From IMG/VR virus record IMGVR_UViG_3300029739_000183: DNA of 64,000 nucleotides; one strand, written 5' to 3'. Shown one piece after another: positions 30,343 to 40,006 of the stretch. The stretch's first letter is position 1. Each line of letters begins with the position of its first letter. The translations under genes were made by a program, and so were the position numbers. The stretch is from a virus. Lineage: Duplodnaviria > Heunggongvirae > Uroviricota > Caudoviricetes. The notes beneath the pieces are model-generated. The model did no database searches. It had not been told where the DNA came from and saw nothing but the letters and a program-made list of their open reading frames with translations.

Positions 30343-30545
30343 AACGCTCTCCTTTATTTTGGTTTATAAGTTTATCATATATTAATCTGTATGATAAAGA
30401 TTTTTTGTAAGAAAAACCACGATCTTACTATGTTTCTTACAAAATTTCTTTTTCTTTTTTTTGCGGTATTATCCCTGTGTTGGCATATCAGAGTATTTGG
30501 AAAAAAAATAAACATATTAAACCTTGGAAGGAGGTTCTTTTAGAT

Positions 30546-32084
30546 ATGATAGAAAGACCAGTTATTGAAAATCAGATCATTGATATTATCGACCGCTTAA
30601 AAGGGTTGTGCCATACCTGTGGACTCAGTAATCAGGCAGCGGAAGAGGAGATTGTTACTTCTGTATTCTTATATAAATACCTAAGTGACAATTATAAGAT
30701 GCAGGCTTATAAGGAAGCTGTACGTACAGGAAAAAGTATAACAGATATTTTTGCTTCTGGTGTCGATACAGAAATAGAACTTAAGGCGGAAGACTTGATC
30801 GACTGTATGGTGCGTATAATGGATCGCCCACATATTGCAGATATCTTTGACAATACACTTATCCGAATTGCATCTTATCCTAAAAATAAAAAACTGAGTA
30901 AATTTTTAGATGAGCCGTTATTTAAACCAATCACAAAAAATATAGAAAAAAGGGATGAATTTGTACGGGAAATTCTTACTGTAATGAACGGACATAATAT
31001 CTTTTCAAATGGAGCGGACCATTTTGCTCCTATTTTTGAATATTTGATCAAAGATTATAATGTAGCAAGTGGACGTTATGCAGAATATTATACACCGGGT
31101 GAGATCAGCCGCATCATTGCCAAAATACTTACACAGGATGATAAACAGAAAAATCGGACCATTTATGATCCATCAGCGGGTTCCGGCTCTCTGCTCCTAC
31201 ATTTAGCTAACGAACTTGAAGATTGTAGTATTTTTTCACAGGATATTTCTGTAAAATCAACAAGGCTGTTAAGGATCAATATGATCTTAAATGGCTACAC
31301 TGACAGCATACCAAATATCAAACAAGGTGATACACTTTTGAATCCATATTTTACAGACCAAAAATATGATTACATTGTATCGAATCCTCCATTTAAAACT
31401 GATTTTTCGTTTACGAGGGAGGATATCGCACAGAAATGGGAAAATCGTTTTCCTGATGGACTGCCAGAGATACCTAAGAAAAAGAAAGAGAGTATGTCCA
31501 TTTATCTATGTTTTATACAACATGTGTTATGGGCTTTAAATGAAAAAGGAAAAGCAGCAGTTGTTGTTCCAGCTGGTTTCTTAAATATAAAAGATGGAAT
31601 AGAAGAAAATATCCGCAAACGTCTTGTTATGAATGGATGGCTTTCTGGAGTTATCATTATGCCAAGAAATAGTTTTGCAAATACAGCAACTAAAGTGGCT
31701 GTCCTTTTTATTGATAAATCGTCTTATCATACGCAGCCAGTATTGATGGATGCTTCTGAACTAGGAACATTAACAAAGATTGGAAAAAACAAGAAAGTAC
31801 TCCTGTCAAAGGAAGACATCGATATGATTGTACATGGATATTTTAAAAGAGACACATCTATGACAGTATCCCCTCTCTTATCAGATATTGCCCTTAATGG
31901 ATATAGTTTTATCCCCGGACATTACATGACAATAAAAAATTATCAAAATCTTTTATCAGAATCAGAGTTTAAACAAAAGACAATACAATTTGAAGATAAT
32001 TACAGAATGTTATGTCAGCAGGAAAAAGAGTCTGATTCCGATATTTTTTCTGTCTTATCGGAAATAAGGAGGGAATTATGTTAA
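30546..32084 (+). CDS. hsdM: type I restriction-modification system methyltransferase subunit HsdM
   Basis: Contains YYTPGEISRIIAKIL, AdoMet motif I (DPSAGSGSLLL) and motif IV (NPPF). The start at 30546 has a GGAAGGAGG RBS. Confidence 0.85.
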   Translation: MIERPVIENQIIDIIDRLKGLCHTCGLSNQAAEEEIVTSVFLYKYLSDNYKMQAYKEAVRTGKSITDIFASGVDTEIELKAEDLIDCMVRIMDRPHIADIFDNTLIRIASYPKNKKLSKFLDEPLFKPITKNIEKRDEFVREILTVMNGHNIFSNGADHFAPIFEYLIKDYNVASGRYAEYYTPGEISRIIAKILTQDDKQKNRTIYDPSAGSGSLLLHLANELEDCSIFSQDISVKSTRLLRINMILNGYTDSIPNIKQGDTLLNPYFTDQKYDYIVSNPPFKTDFSFTREDIAQKWENRFPDGLPEIPKKKKESMSIYLCFIQHVLWALNEKGKAAVVVPAGFLNIKDGIEENIRKRLVMNGWLSGVIIMPRNSFANTATKVAVLFIDKSSYHTQPVLMDASELGTLTKIGKNKKVLLSKEDIDMIVHGYFKRDTSMTVSPLLSDIALNGYSFIPGHYMTIKNYQNLLSESEFKQKTIQFEDNYRMLCQQEKESDSDIFSVLSEIRRELC

Positions 32085-33115
32085 AAGATTTATGTACTGG
32101 ACATATAGATTATGGGCATACAGCTTCTGGTAAAGAGATAGGAAGATACCGATATGCTCGCATCACAGACATAGACCCATTGGGACGTATGAAGAAAAAA
32201 GATATGCGCTATGTTGATACTGGACAAGAGAAAATATTAAGAAAAAATGATTTGGTGATTGCCCGTACTGGGACACAGGCAGGTAAAGCTTATCTGTATG
32301 ATCCAAAAGACGGAGAACTTGTTTTTGCTAGTTTTTTGATCCGTTTTCATTTGGATCCTGAAAAAGTAATCCCGTCTTTTATAAAATATTATATGCTATC
32401 CGATGCTTATAAAAAATGGGCAGAAAAAACTGCTTCCGGAAGTACTAGAAATGGGCTTAATATTGAAACGCTGTCCAAAATGCCGATACCAGATATGCCC
32501 ATGGCTGCACAAAAAAATATTGTTAGAAAAATGGATGCATTATATAGGGCACTGGAAATACAGGAGAATACAACTCAATTGTTGGAAGAGTATGCACAGA
32601 ATGTTTTTGATTATATGTCGAACAGACTGCAGACAAAAGGGAAATTGAAAGATCTGGTTATATTAAAAACGGAAAACAAAAAAAAGGAAGAGTACGGTAC
32701 GATTCCTATATACAACTCAGGAGGGGTGTCAGGATACGCCAAGTCTTCAAATGGAATAAAGGAAAGTGTGATCATCCCATCTTCTGGAACACTTGACCAT
32801 CTTTTCTATGTTAACACACCTTTTTGTGCAGGGACAACGGTATTCTATACTGAGATGAAAAAAGAAAAGATTGGGATTTTTGTATATTATACAATGAAAA
32901 AATATGATATGAAAAAACTGGATTCTGGTTCTGTAATACCAGGTGTCAATTCAGATACAATATATCATCTACCTTGCATGATACCAGATGATAAATGGCT
33001 TGAACAATTCAATCAAATCGCTTACCCAATATATGAAAAGATAGCAGAAGTGAAAAAGAAAGCAGAAAAGATAAAAAAATATTTATCTTTTCTGTCAGCA
33101 TATTATTTTGGCTGA
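32078..33115 (+). CDS. hsdS: type I restriction-modification specificity subunit HsdS (two TRDs)
   Basis: Its start overlaps the hsdM stop. It has two target-recognition halves separated by a central conserved helix region. An A8 homopolymer lies in the central region (32680-32690). Confidence 0.65.
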   Translation: MLKDLCTGHIDYGHTASGKEIGRYRYARITDIDPLGRMKKKDMRYVDTGQEKILRKNDLVIARTGTQAGKAYLYDPKDGELVFASFLIRFHLDPEKVIPSFIKYYMLSDAYKKWAEKTASGSTRNGLNIETLSKMPIPDMPMAAQKNIVRKMDALYRALEIQENTTQLLEEYAQNVFDYMSNRLQTKGKLKDLVILKTENKKKEEYGTIPIYNSGGVSGYAKSSNGIKESVIIPSSGTLDHLFYVNTPFCAGTTVFYTEMKKEKIGIFVYYTMKKYDMKKLDSGSVIPGVNSDTIYHLPCMIPDDKWLEQFNQIAYPIYEKIAEVKKKAEKIKKYLSFLSAYYFG

Positions 33116-33156
33116 CAAAAAATAAACATATTAAAAATAAAAGGAGAAATTTTTAC

Positions 33157-34416
33157 ATGAATGAACAAAAAAAAGTCAAAAAGAAAATACTGTTCACGGC
33201 TATAGTCCTGTTTGTAATACAGGCTTTTGCTGGTATCCCTACACCAGGAGTAAACATCGATTATTTTAAAGCGTTGCTGGAACAGAATACAACTGCGGGG
33301 TTATTTAATGTGTTATCAGGCAACGGATTGAGTAACTTATCAGTTACGATGCTATCCATAACACCATATATCACTGCATCTATTATCTTACAGTTGCTCA
33401 CAATCGTTATCCGGCCACTGGAAAAATTACAGCGGAATGGTGAGGTTGGACAGCAGACTTTTAAAAAATACACGATCATATTAGGAGTTATCCTTGCATT
33501 TATGGAGTCATTTGGTTTTGCTTACGGTTTTGGACAAAAAGGATTGTTGCTATCTTTTAAATGGTACTGGGTAGCCCTTGTGACCATCATCTGGGCAGGA
33601 GCAGCATTGCTCTTAATGTTAGCAGGAGAATTTATTGAAAAAAAAGGCTTTGGAAATGGTATTTCTTTGATTCTTTTATTCAATATCCTGTCTTCTTATC
33701 CATCAGATGCGATAACGGTTTATAATCGATTTTTACAAGGATATGGCATAGATAAAAAAGTATTCCATGGTATCGCTATTTGTATTATTCTGGTTGTATT
33801 ATTTGCCTTTACAGTATATATCCAATTCATTGAAAAAAGAATTCCTGTAGAATACGCTTTCAAAACGATGGGAACAGTAAAGAGTGAACAAAGTTTTTTC
33901 CCAGTAAAACTTTGTCCGGGTACGGTAGTACCGGTAATCTTTTCCAGTTCTTTAATGGCAATCCCTTCACTTGTTGCTTCTTTTATGGGAAAGAATTTTT
34001 GGATTGCCGATATGCTAAACTCTTCCAAGTGGTTTGATCCGGAGCATCTTTCGTATTCCGTTGGGGCAGTCATCTATATTGCCTTGATTTTTATATTTAC
34101 TTATTATTATACAGAGATGATTATCAATCCAATAGAAATTGCTAATAATTTTAAAAAGACTGGAGGTACGATCCCTAATGTCCGCCCAGGAGAAGATACT
34201 GTAAAATATCTTACATCAGAGATTCGGAAGGTAATCACTATCGGAGCCGGGGCATTATCCTTGATCGCATTAGTACCTTGTGTTTTGGCAGGATTATTTG
34301 ATATATCAAAATTGTCCTTTGCCGGCACCTCTGTTATCATCATTGTTGGTGTTATCGTAGAAACATTAGACCGTTTTTATGCAGAAGTCAAAGCGAAAAA
34401 TATGAAACTGACCTAA
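33157..34416 (+). CDS. SecY paralog (SecY2-like, 419 aa) outside the ribosomal-protein operon
   Basis: Contains the SecY signature ITPYITASIILQLLT and 10 predicted TM segments. RBS AAAAGGAGAAA upstream. It is not in the rplO-secY-adk context. Confidence 0.7.
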   Translation: MNEQKKVKKKILFTAIVLFVIQAFAGIPTPGVNIDYFKALLEQNTTAGLFNVLSGNGLSNLSVTMLSITPYITASIILQLLTIVIRPLEKLQRNGEVGQQTFKKYTIILGVILAFMESFGFAYGFGQKGLLLSFKWYWVALVTIIWAGAALLLMLAGEFIEKKGFGNGISLILLFNILSSYPSDAITVYNRFLQGYGIDKKVFHGIAICIILVVLFAFTVYIQFIEKRIPVEYAFKTMGTVKSEQSFFPVKLCPGTVVPVIFSSSLMAIPSLVASFMGKNFWIADMLNSSKWFDPEHLSYSVGAVIYIALIFIFTYYYTEMIINPIEIANNFKKTGGTIPNVRPGEDTVKYLTSEIRKVITIGAGALSLIALVPCVLAGLFDISKLSFAGTSVIIIVGVIVETLDRFYAEVKAKNMKLT

Positions 34417-34432
34417 AAGAAAGGGAGAAAAA

Positions 34433-34591
34433 ATGAAAGGTATAAAAAAGAATTTGAAAGAATTGCATTATCCGAAAATGAATACGGTTGCAAAGGTAAC
34501 AGTAATCGTTTTGTCAGTATCTATTATTCTGGCAAGTCTTATCGCAGCTGAAACAGCAACAATCCAAAAGATATGTAGTCTTATCCTGTAA
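34433..34591 (+). CDS. SecE-like small membrane protein (52 aa)
   Basis: AAGGGAGAAAAA RBS upstream. It has a basic N-terminus followed by a single TM helix (VAKVTVIVLSVSIILASLIAA), matching the Firmicutes SecE layout. It lies immediately downstream of the secY paralog. Confidence 0.35.
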   Translation: MKGIKKNLKELHYPKMNTVAKVTVIVLSVSIILASLIAAETATIQKICSLIL

Positions 34592-34593
34592 CA

Positions 34594-34629
34594 GAAAAAA
34601 AAGAGCCCATTGTAGGCTCTTTTTTTATT
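34594..34629. terminator. bidirectional terminator hairpin
   Basis: AAAAAAAAGAGCCCATTGTAGGCTCTTTTTTTT hairpin. Confidence 0.55.
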
Positions 34630-36214
34630 CTTTCGCTGGTTGGAAACATAGCATTTCTATCTGTGAGGTACTTTTTCCATTTACCCACCTTTCAGAAAGA
34701 TAACCGATCACTTCTATTTTTTCTGGCGCTCCAACTGTTAGGTAAGCATCATACATGTGAAAACCAATGAGTTCTAAAGAAGTCGTATTGTTCGTCAGTT
34801 TTATATGTGTGCCATCACCTAGTTGCTCTACTCGATCTACTTTAAAGTAAAAATGAAATCTTATTTTAGGGTTTTTAGGACCATATGGCCGGTAATTTTC
34901 CAGTTCTTTTAAAGTATCAGCTATATCAAATGGCAGGTCAAGATCATAGGTGATTTCTGGTTTCGGTGGTAAGTTACCACAAGCTTTTTGAAATTCACTT
35001 TTAAAAAGCTTAAGATCCGCTTCCTTTATGGAAAGCCCAGCGGCTCCTTCGTGCCCACCATATCCAATCATTAATGTTTTTGGAATATGATCCAATACAT
35101 CTTTTAAATGAATACCAGGTATAGAACGTCCAGAACCTTTTAAATTCCCATCTTTTGAACGAGTAAAGACGATCACAGGAAGATAGTATTTTTCACAGAG
35201 TTTTCCAGCAATAAGACCAACAATGCCTTCACCCCAGTCGGGGTTAAACAAAACAAGACTGTTTTGGGATGTTTTCTGGAAATTAAGGGAATCTAAAGCT
35301 TCCCGCACCTGTTTCTTTCGTTCTTCGTTTGCTTCCAATAACTTATCACATTTCCATGGCAGACAATAATCCTTCCAGTCAGCGGCTAGTACATCTAAAA
35401 CAGAAGACGCACCATCGTCATAAAGCCGCCCAGGTGCATTTATGACTGGACCGATAGAAAATCCAAAATCATCTTCTGTGATATGGTCCTGCAGTTTCAA
35501 TTTTCTTAACAGCTGCCGCATACCTGGGACAGTCCTTCCTTTATTGATAAGACGAAGACCATCTCTAACGAGCGGACGGTTTGCTCCTTCAAGTGGCATA
35601 ATATCTGTGATGGTAGCTATTGCAGCTAAAACTTTTAAGTCATCTATGTTTGTTTTTGGAAGAAGTTCTTTGGCAAAGCGGTATGCAAGTCCTGCTCCGC
35701 AATACCCTGTATAATATCCATTTCCATAGATCCAGGGATCGATGATAATATCGGCATCAGGCAATACGATTTGTCCATTTTCTTTTACTGGTAGATGATG
35801 GTCAATGATGATCACATGCAGACCTTTTTCTTTCGCTTTTTTGATCGCATCAATCGCAGCAATCCCGTTATCCACTGTGATGACCAACCCAGAAGGAATT
35901 TCATCAATAATCTTTTCGGATAAGCCATACCCTTCTGAAATACGGTGAGGTATTCTTACGGATGGGACAAGACCATATGCGTAGAGCATCTTCACCATAA
36001 TTGTTACTGCATGGATGCCATCTACATCGTAATCGCCAACGATAGTAACAAGACATTCAGGATCTTCCGTGGTCAGTTTTTTCAAATAATCTGCCGCTTC
36101 TCTTAAGTTTTTTATCTCCGGTTCTTTCTCAGGAAATAAAAAATCGTTTATGTCCGGATGGTTTCTTTTTATGACATCTTTTATTGTACTACAGTTTCCT
36201 TTTTTCTTAAACAT
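34625..36214 (-). CDS. recJ: RecJ-like DHH/DHHA1 single-stranded-DNA exonuclease
   Basis: DHH motifs DYDVDGI and IIDHH are present, and the length is RecJ-like. The start was set at 36214 (MFKKKG), 5 nt after AAGGAGGA. Confidence 0.65.
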   Translation of the reverse strand: MFKKKGNCSTIKDVIKRNHPDINDFLFPEKEPEIKNLREAADYLKKLTTEDPECLVTIVGDYDVDGIHAVTIMVKMLYAYGLVPSVRIPHRISEGYGLSEKIIDEIPSGLVITVDNGIAAIDAIKKAKEKGLHVIIIDHHLPVKENGQIVLPDADIIIDPWIYGNGYYTGYCGAGLAYRFAKELLPKTNIDDLKVLAAIATITDIMPLEGANRPLVRDGLRLINKGRTVPGMRQLLRKLKLQDHITEDDFGFSIGPVINAPGRLYDDGASSVLDVLAADWKDYCLPWKCDKLLEANEERKKQVREALDSLNFQKTSQNSLVLFNPDWGEGIVGLIAGKLCEKYYLPVIVFTRSKDGNLKGSGRSIPGIHLKDVLDHIPKTLMIGYGGHEGAAGLSIKEADLKLFKSEFQKACGNLPPKPEITYDLDLPFDIADTLKELENYRPYGPKNPKIRFHFYFKVDRVEQLGDGTHIKLTNNTTSLELIGFHMYDAYLTVGAPEKIEVIGYLSERWVNGKSTSQIEMLCFQPAKE

Positions 36215-36285
36215 ATGCATCCTCCTTGTTTGAAATAAATATTGCGTATTCAATATGGTTGTTCTGACCATAAAATTTTTTCTTC

Positions 36286-36307
36286 AAAAAAGAATCGGAT
36301 TCTTTTT
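36286..36307 (+). repeat. palindromic element AAAAAGAATCGGATTCTTTTT (perfect)
   Basis: Copy 5 of the palindrome family; 80 nt upstream of the ATG at 36387. Confidence 0.6.
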
Positions 36308-36386
36308 ATACATCACATATAAAATCAGATTGAATGAAATTGTTCATGTTAATAGCATCAAAAGTTCAAACAAGGAGGGAAATGAA

Positions 36387-36650
36387 ATGAAAAAACAGAA
36401 TGTCAAGCTGACTCCGGAAGCCTTATTATTGACAGCAATCTTAGGAGTTCCTACCGGACAGAAAAAAAATGATGGAAGCATGGAACGATTTTATCCTTCT
36501 AGCGGACCAATTGGTTCCAGTGTAGACCTTGTCGATCAATGTGTCCATATATTAAAAACAGGATCAGTTCCTGTAAAAAAAACGAAACTGAAAATGAAAG
36601 ATTTTGAGGAAAAAGAAGACTCATCCGGCATACAAATGAAGATGTTTTAA
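36387..36650 (+). CDS. hypothetical protein (87 aa)
   Basis: CAAGGAGGGAAATGAAATG context. Followed by a strong terminator. Confidence 0.35.
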   Translation: MKKQNVKLTPEALLLTAILGVPTGQKKNDGSMERFYPSSGPIGSSVDLVDQCVHILKTGSVPVKKTKLKMKDFEEKEDSSGIQMKMF

Positions 36651-36688
36651 AAAAAGATGTCCCCAGAAATTTGGGGACATTTTTTTGC
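36649..36688 (+). terminator. Rho-independent terminator
   Basis: AAAAAAGATGTCCCCAGAAATTTGGGGACATTTTTTTG hairpin. Confidence 0.6.
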
Positions 36689-36767
36689 ACATTCTTGTTA
36701 AAAAGATAAAAAAGAAGTTTCCTTCATATTATCTTTGTAATATTTTTCAAATAAAGGAGGATAAAAA

Positions 36768-37841
36768 ATGATAATCGTTAAAACAGAGGATATCTCTTCT
36801 GCTATCAAACAGGCAAAAGTTATGATTAGACCAGGGTCATTGATTTTGGAAAACAGTCTACGTTTTTCTGCAAAAAAAGATAAACTCTATATCCGAACTA
36901 ACTCTGGCGGAATCAAATTTATTACGAGAATTCCTTGTACATGTGACAGAGAAGTTGATTTTATGGTGAATATCCATCTTATTTCATCTACACTTCCGTT
37001 TTTCCTTTCAAAGTCTCTGGAAATCCTGCCTGATGCTAAGAAGGAAACAGTCTTATTTAAAAGCAAAGAATTACAAGTAGAAATCAAAACAATCCCACTA
37101 GCTGTATGGGCATCTTATAAAATCAGGTCTGTATGGAATATTGATATCTCTGTAGGAGCTGAAACGCTTGTTTCGCTTGTGAACAGAACAGCATATGCGT
37201 CTGATACAAAAGACAGTACAGACAATCGAGCAATGTTGAACTTTTCAGTCACATCCGATGAAAAAGGATTGAAAGTTACTGGTCTTGATTTTTATCGTTC
37301 TGCTACCTGTGCAACAGGAAAGATCAACGACCTTGTAGAAAATTCTTTTACAATTCCTACAAAGACGCTAAAAGTGATTCTGCCTTACTTAAAAGGTACA
37401 GTGCATTTAAAAAAATATGGTAATGAATACGCAATAAGTACAGAAACTATGGCACTTTATGGTCATACTCCGGCTATTGACTACTATGATATCTCGACGC
37501 TTTTGGAAAAATGTCCAGAAGATTCTGTGATGATTGATAAAGATTATTTTTTACGTTACTGCGAAGTTGCAGCAATTGTAAATAAAATGAAAATTTTCAT
37601 CAACATACAAGAAGAGTACCTGGAGGTTTCAGCTTCTGGGAATGGTGGAAAAGTAGAAAACAAAATTGAAACAAAAAGCAGAGTAAAAGCTACGTATTGC
37701 GTAAATCCGGTATTTATCATGGATGTGTTAAAAAAATGTCCTGAGAAAAAAATTAAGATGTATTATAGCAGATATAGTACAAAGCCGTTGTTTTTCAAGG
37801 GAGATGATCATATTGACATGGTGATGCCAATACAAAATTGA
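36768..37841 (+). CDS. DNA polymerase III beta sliding clamp (DnaN)-like protein, divergent
   Basis: The ~357 aa length, the N-terminal MxIxxxxxxLxxAxxxV pattern, the three-domain beta-rich periodicity and the C-terminal ..MVMPIQN tail resemble DnaN. RBS AAAGGAGGAT upstream. It lies next to a Gp157-like gene. Confidence 0.45.
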   Translation: MIIVKTEDISSAIKQAKVMIRPGSLILENSLRFSAKKDKLYIRTNSGGIKFITRIPCTCDREVDFMVNIHLISSTLPFFLSKSLEILPDAKKETVLFKSKELQVEIKTIPLAVWASYKIRSVWNIDISVGAETLVSLVNRTAYASDTKDSTDNRAMLNFSVTSDEKGLKVTGLDFYRSATCATGKINDLVENSFTIPTKTLKVILPYLKGTVHLKKYGNEYAISTETMALYGHTPAIDYYDISTLLEKCPEDSVMIDKDYFLRYCEVAAIVNKMKIFINIQEEYLEVSASGNGGKVENKIETKSRVKATYCVNPVFIMDVLKKCPEKKIKMYYSRYSTKPLFFKGDDHIDMVMPIQN

Positions 37842-37853
37842 GGAGGATATCAT

Positions 37854-38342
37854 ATGACTTTATATGAACTGACAGGAGATTTTATAAAACTTATAGATAC
37901 AAAAAAAGAGATTGATGATGCAGAAGTGCAAAAAGATATCGAAGAATCTATAAAAAACAAAATCATTAAAAAACTGGAAGGGTATGCCAAAGCAAGACAG
38001 TCGATTAATGCAGAAATCAATGCACTAAAAGAAGAGGAAAAACGCCTACAGGAACGTAGGAAAAAACTTGAAAAAAGATCCAGCATGATCGATGACCGCA
38101 TAAAAGCTTCTATGTTGGCTACGGAGATTCGCGAAATAACAACGCCATTGTTTACACTTTCCATACGTCCATCTAAAGATCTTCTGGTAATTGATGATGA
38201 AACATCTGTACCGGTACAATTTTTTGTGCCACAGGCTCCAAAAATCGACAAAAACAAACTCAATGAATGGGCAAAAAACAATCCAGGAAGAGTAAATAAT
38301 TTTGGACATTATGAGCCGGTAAATTCTTTGATTATCAAATAA
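37854..38342 (+). CDS. Siphovirus Gp157-like phage protein
   Basis: The ~160 aa length, the MTLYELTGDF..L start and the central coiled coil match Gp157. RBS GAGGAGGAT upstream. Confidence 0.5.
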   Translation: MTLYELTGDFIKLIDTKKEIDDAEVQKDIEESIKNKIIKKLEGYAKARQSINAEINALKEEEKRLQERRKKLEKRSSMIDDRIKASMLATEIREITTPLFTLSIRPSKDLLVIDDETSVPVQFFVPQAPKIDKNKLNEWAKNNPGRVNNFGHYEPVNSLIIK

Positions 38343-38345
38343 TTT

Positions 38346-38376
38346 TTAAGGGATCCATGTGGTCCCTTAAAAAAAC
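38346..38376 (+). terminator. Rho-independent terminator
   Basis: TTAAGGGATCCATGTGGTCCCTTAAAAAAA hairpin. Confidence 0.5.
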
Positions 38377-38512
38377 ATATTATCAATATAATCAGAGAAA
38401 CACACTCTGGGTTTAAAGTTGCCTGTTGGTGCATCACGAAAGGGTTTCTTACAAAAATTCTACATGAAAAACCTGCATTACAATCATAAATATCAGTTAG
38501 GAGTTGAAAACA

Positions 38513-38758
38513 ATGCTTGAAAAAATCGTTTTTAGCACAAAGGCTGCTGTGGCGAAAAAGACCTCCCGTTTCCGGGTTGGCGATGTGATTCTTATACCGT
38601 CAAATCTTACAGACATAAGAAAGGCAAAAAAGGCACAAATCATACAAATTACGGACAATCTAATTGTAGTTGAACACATGGGGAGTAAACATAAACTCAA
38701 AGAATCGTTTTTAAGAGTACAGATGACAGATGTAAAAATACTGATATCTGCGAAGTAA
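38513..38758 (+). CDS. hypothetical protein (81 aa)
   Basis: ORF with RBS TTAGGAGTTG before the ATG. Confidence 0.35.
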   Translation: MLEKIVFSTKAAVAKKTSRFRVGDVILIPSNLTDIRKAKKAQIIQITDNLIVVEHMGSKHKLKESFLRVQMTDVKILISAK

Positions 38759-38805
38759 CGGTAATCTATACTCCTCGCTTACATGATAGAAAGGACTTAT
38801 AAAAT

Positions 38806-39498
38806 ATGAGTGAAACAGGAAAATGCTTTATCTGTGGCAGGAGTACAAGAAGCGGAATGGACATTTGCCCAGACTGTTTCTCAAGATTACCACAATGTTG
38901 TCAAGGTAAAACAAAATATGAAAAATTGACAAAAGAAGAAAAGAAGACCATCATTACGTCTCCTCTCTGGCAGATGAGAATATATAAAAGCGAGGCATAT
39001 CAAGCTTTTGGGGAAAGACTGGGTCTCTATCCAGAAAGAGGTGTTTTCTTTTTTTCAGGAAATAACCTTAGCATGGAAAATATTGATAATGTACAGTTTG
39101 AGCAGAAAATTATAAAAATAACGGAGGGTGATAATGCACAGCAAATGCGTATAAAATTAAAAGTTTATGTAAAAATAAAAACACATACACCTAAATTATC
39201 TTTAACTGATTATCTTGGAACAATAGAATTTCCATTGGAAGAAGGAAAGCAGTTTCCGAATATATATTGGAAGACTGAACAGATGCTTAACAATTGGGAA
39301 AGACCAGTGAAAATCCCAAACATGACGTATCATGAAGCTTCCACTTTATATATGTTTCAAGGAGGTTATACAAAAGAAGATCTGTCAAAAAGAAGAAAAA
39401 ATTTATTAAAAGTCTTCCATCCGGATCAGAAAGGAGAAGAGGAGTGCGCCAAAAGAATCAATATGGCTTATAATATCCTCAGACCATATGCAAAATAG
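38806..39498 (+). CDS. J-domain (DnaJ-like) protein with N-terminal zinc ribbon
   Basis: N-terminal CFICG..CPDC motif. The C-terminal J domain carries the HPD motif (LLKVFHPDQKGEEECAKRINMAYNIL). Confidence 0.6.
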   Translation: MSETGKCFICGRSTRSGMDICPDCFSRLPQCCQGKTKYEKLTKEEKKTIITSPLWQMRIYKSEAYQAFGERLGLYPERGVFFFSGNNLSMENIDNVQFEQKIIKITEGDNAQQMRIKLKVYVKIKTHTPKLSLTDYLGTIEFPLEEGKQFPNIYWKTEQMLNNWERPVKIPNMTYHEASTLYMFQGGYTKEDLSKRRKNLLKVFHPDQKGEEECAKRINMAYNILRPYAK

Positions 39499-40006
39499 AA
39501 ATCCGTTTATTTCGATTATCTTGTACACTTTAAAATACGCAATAATCATGTTATCTTTTATTATTCTGATGCAGTTTGTAGTAACACATATTATTATGAA
39601 TGGATACATCCCGTCTGCTTCTATGGAACCGGGATTAAAAGAAGGAGATTTTATTATCGGAAACAGACTGGTAAAAAAGTACCATCGAGGCAATGTTGCT
39701 ATTTTCTGGTCGGAAGAAAATAAGTATTATATTAAGCGTATCATAGGAGTCGGTGGTGACCATATCGTGATAAAAGACCATGCAGTTTATTGTAATGGTA
39801 AAAAATTAAAGGAACCTTATATAAAAGAAGAAATGCTGACAGATGAGGAGTTAGAATATACAGTGCCTAAAAATTGTTATTTCTTCTTAGGGGACAATCG
39901 AAACTATTCAAAAGATAGCAGGTATTGGAAATACCCGTTTATCAATAAAAAAGATATGATCGCAAAAGTAATGTTTCGTTACTGGCCCTCTATAAAAAAA
40001 ATATAA
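39488..40006 (+). CDS. lepB: signal peptidase I (S26 family)
   Basis: N-terminal TM helix, catalytic Ser box (SASMEPGL), Lys box (YIKRIIGVGGD) and GDNRNYSKDSRYW. Its start overlaps the upstream J-domain gene by 11 nt. Confidence 0.75.
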   Translation: MQNRNPFISIILYTLKYAIIMLSFIILMQFVVTHIIMNGYIPSASMEPGLKEGDFIIGNRLVKKYHRGNVAIFWSEENKYYIKRIIGVGGDHIVIKDHAVYCNGKKLKEPYIKEEMLTDEELEYTVPKNCYFFLGDNRNYSKDSRYWKYPFINKKDMIAKVMFRYWPSIKKI

